Part shown: piece by piece, positions 34,171 to 35,304 of the stretch
How positions within the stretch are numbered: the stretch's first letter is position 1
How the letters are laid out: each line of letters begins with the position of its first letter
Source of the DNA: Candidatus Hadarchaeota archaeon
GTDB taxonomy: Archaea; CAYQAE01; CAYVLA01
Assembly (NCBI GenBank): GCA_964452145.1
Contig: CAYVLA010000024.1
Span: forward strand, 1 to 35,304
DNA length: 35,304 bases
Reading direction: 5' to 3'
The notes under the pieces: model-generated
Databases searched by the model: none
Told to the model about the DNA's origin: nothing
Seen by the model: only the letters and a program-made list of their open reading frames with translations
Program-made: the position numbers and the translations under genes

Positions 34171-35304
34171 GTGAGCCAGATAGAGAGGGATCGGATCCTC
34201 CTCAACCCCTTCTGCGAGGCGGCCCGTGAGATGGCGAGAAGAACGCCTCCCCTCAATAGCCTCGGCCCGGACTACATACAAGCATGCAGGGATAGGATCG
34301 AGTGGTTGGCGGCCCCCTCGGTTGACAAGGATGGAGTCCTCCTCCAGACCCAGAAAACCCCGCCGGATTCGGTCGTAGACCCAAGCGACCTTGCCTTTGA
34401 TGTCTCTGTCCTCTTTCTGCTCCTGCAGTCCTGCGCCGCCTGCTTCTCGCCAACTTCCTTCGAGGTGAGGACGGTGGTATCGGCCCTCCAGGAGATCGTC
34501 AGAAGAAGGACGAAGGCCTGCTACACGAGAAGCGGGGATTCGGTCCTGGAGATCTTGGGGGACGGGGTTGTCCAGAGGGCCGGGCCGGATGAATTCCCTC
34601 GTGGCGATCTGTACAAGGTCATGGCCCTTCGCAAGTTCGCCTCCTCCAGAAGCGGGGCAACCTCATACTCGAGCATGCACGAGATGCGGTTCAAAACGGT
34701 CTGGACCGAGATCCTCTCCACAGATTTTGAACTGGTGGATTTCTACATCCGCAACGGCTGGGCCTATCTTTCCCCGAACGATCTTATGGAGCTTCTGGCC
34801 CGCAAGTACGGCAGCCGGGTGGCGAAATATGTTGCTGAGGTGAAGAGCAGAAGGGAGCAAGCCAAGGTGGGAATCCATCCCATCTTCAGAACGGTGGGGA
34901 AGATCGTCTCCGACGTCGCCTCCAAGAGCCAGCGGGATCTGGTCGCCATGGGCGGCAAGCTGAGGGACAAGTTCTACCCGCCGTGCATAAAGCTCGCCCA
35001 GGCCGGAGTGGACGCCGGGAGCAGGAACTACGCTGTAACCGTTCTGCTGACATCCTTCCTGTCCCATGCCAGAATATCGCCCCTTGCGGGCGATGCCAAG
35101 ATTTCCGACTTCATCGACGACATCTCGGTGGTGACCGACGAAATCTTGCCCCCCATCTACGAAGCCGGGTCCCGTTGCCATCCCCCGCTCTTCGAGGACC
35201 AGCCCGTTGAGAAAGCCAACATCCTCTACCACCTTGGATTCGGCCTGATGGAGAGTCCGAGGCTTCAAGACTCGGGGAACTCCACATGGTACATTCCCCC
35301 CAAC
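34171..35304 (+). CDS. priL: DNA primase large (regulatory) subunit, truncated at window end
   Basis: Hand translation in frame 1 (absent from the ORF track): LLNPFCEAAREM...YPPCIK...GSRNYAVTVLLTSFLSHARI...EAGSRCHPPLFEDQP.EKANILYHLGFG...DSGNSTWYIPPN. TTTTTATT lies about 25 nt before GTG 34171. Confidence 0.88.
   Translation, partial: MSQIERDRILLNPFCEAAREMARRTPPLNSLGPDYIQACRDRIEWLAAPSVDKDGVLLQTQKTPPDSVVDPSDLAFDVSVLFLLLQSCAACFSPTSFEVRTVVSALQEIVRRRTKACYTRSGDSVLEILGDGVVQRAGPDEFPRGDLYKVMALRKFASSRSGATSYSSMHEMRFKTVWTEILSTDFELVDFYIRNGWAYLSPNDLMELLARKYGSRVAKYVAEVKSRREQAKVGIHPIFRTVGKIVSDVASKSQRDLVAMGGKLRDKFYPPCIKLAQAGVDAGSRNYAVTVLLTSFLSHARISPLAGDAKISDFIDDISVVTDEILPPIYEAGSRCHPPLFEDQPVEKANILYHLGFGLMESPRLQDSGNSTWYIPPN

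Overview
Archaeal chromosomal window, about 60% GC by eye. It has GGAGG/GGTGA ribosome-binding sites, TATA-like promoters and frequent TTG/GTG starts. The archaeal housekeeping genes are dph5, archease, rtcB, rfcS/rfcL, ahcY and priL. It also holds an aspartate-family amino-acid cluster (hom, thrC, aspartate kinase) led by a stand-alone MtrH-like methyltransferase, sugar-use genes (GH4, GH32, xylose-isomerase-like), a subclass-B3-like metallo-beta-lactamase, two frameshifted genes and several hypotheticals. A tRNA-Lys(CUU) carries two non-canonical introns (22/23 and 43/44). The most striking element is non-coding, at 26370-27046. A TATA-preceded cassette holds two homologous, highly structured ~300-nt RNA domains in tandem, each closed by a textbook bulge-helix-bulge (hBHBh') splicing motif. 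This predicts excision by the archaeal tRNA-splicing endonuclease and ligation into two circular RNAs of 309 and 290 nt. By eye they match no rRNA, tRNA, SRP or RNase P motif. All calls were made by inspection only, with no database searches.
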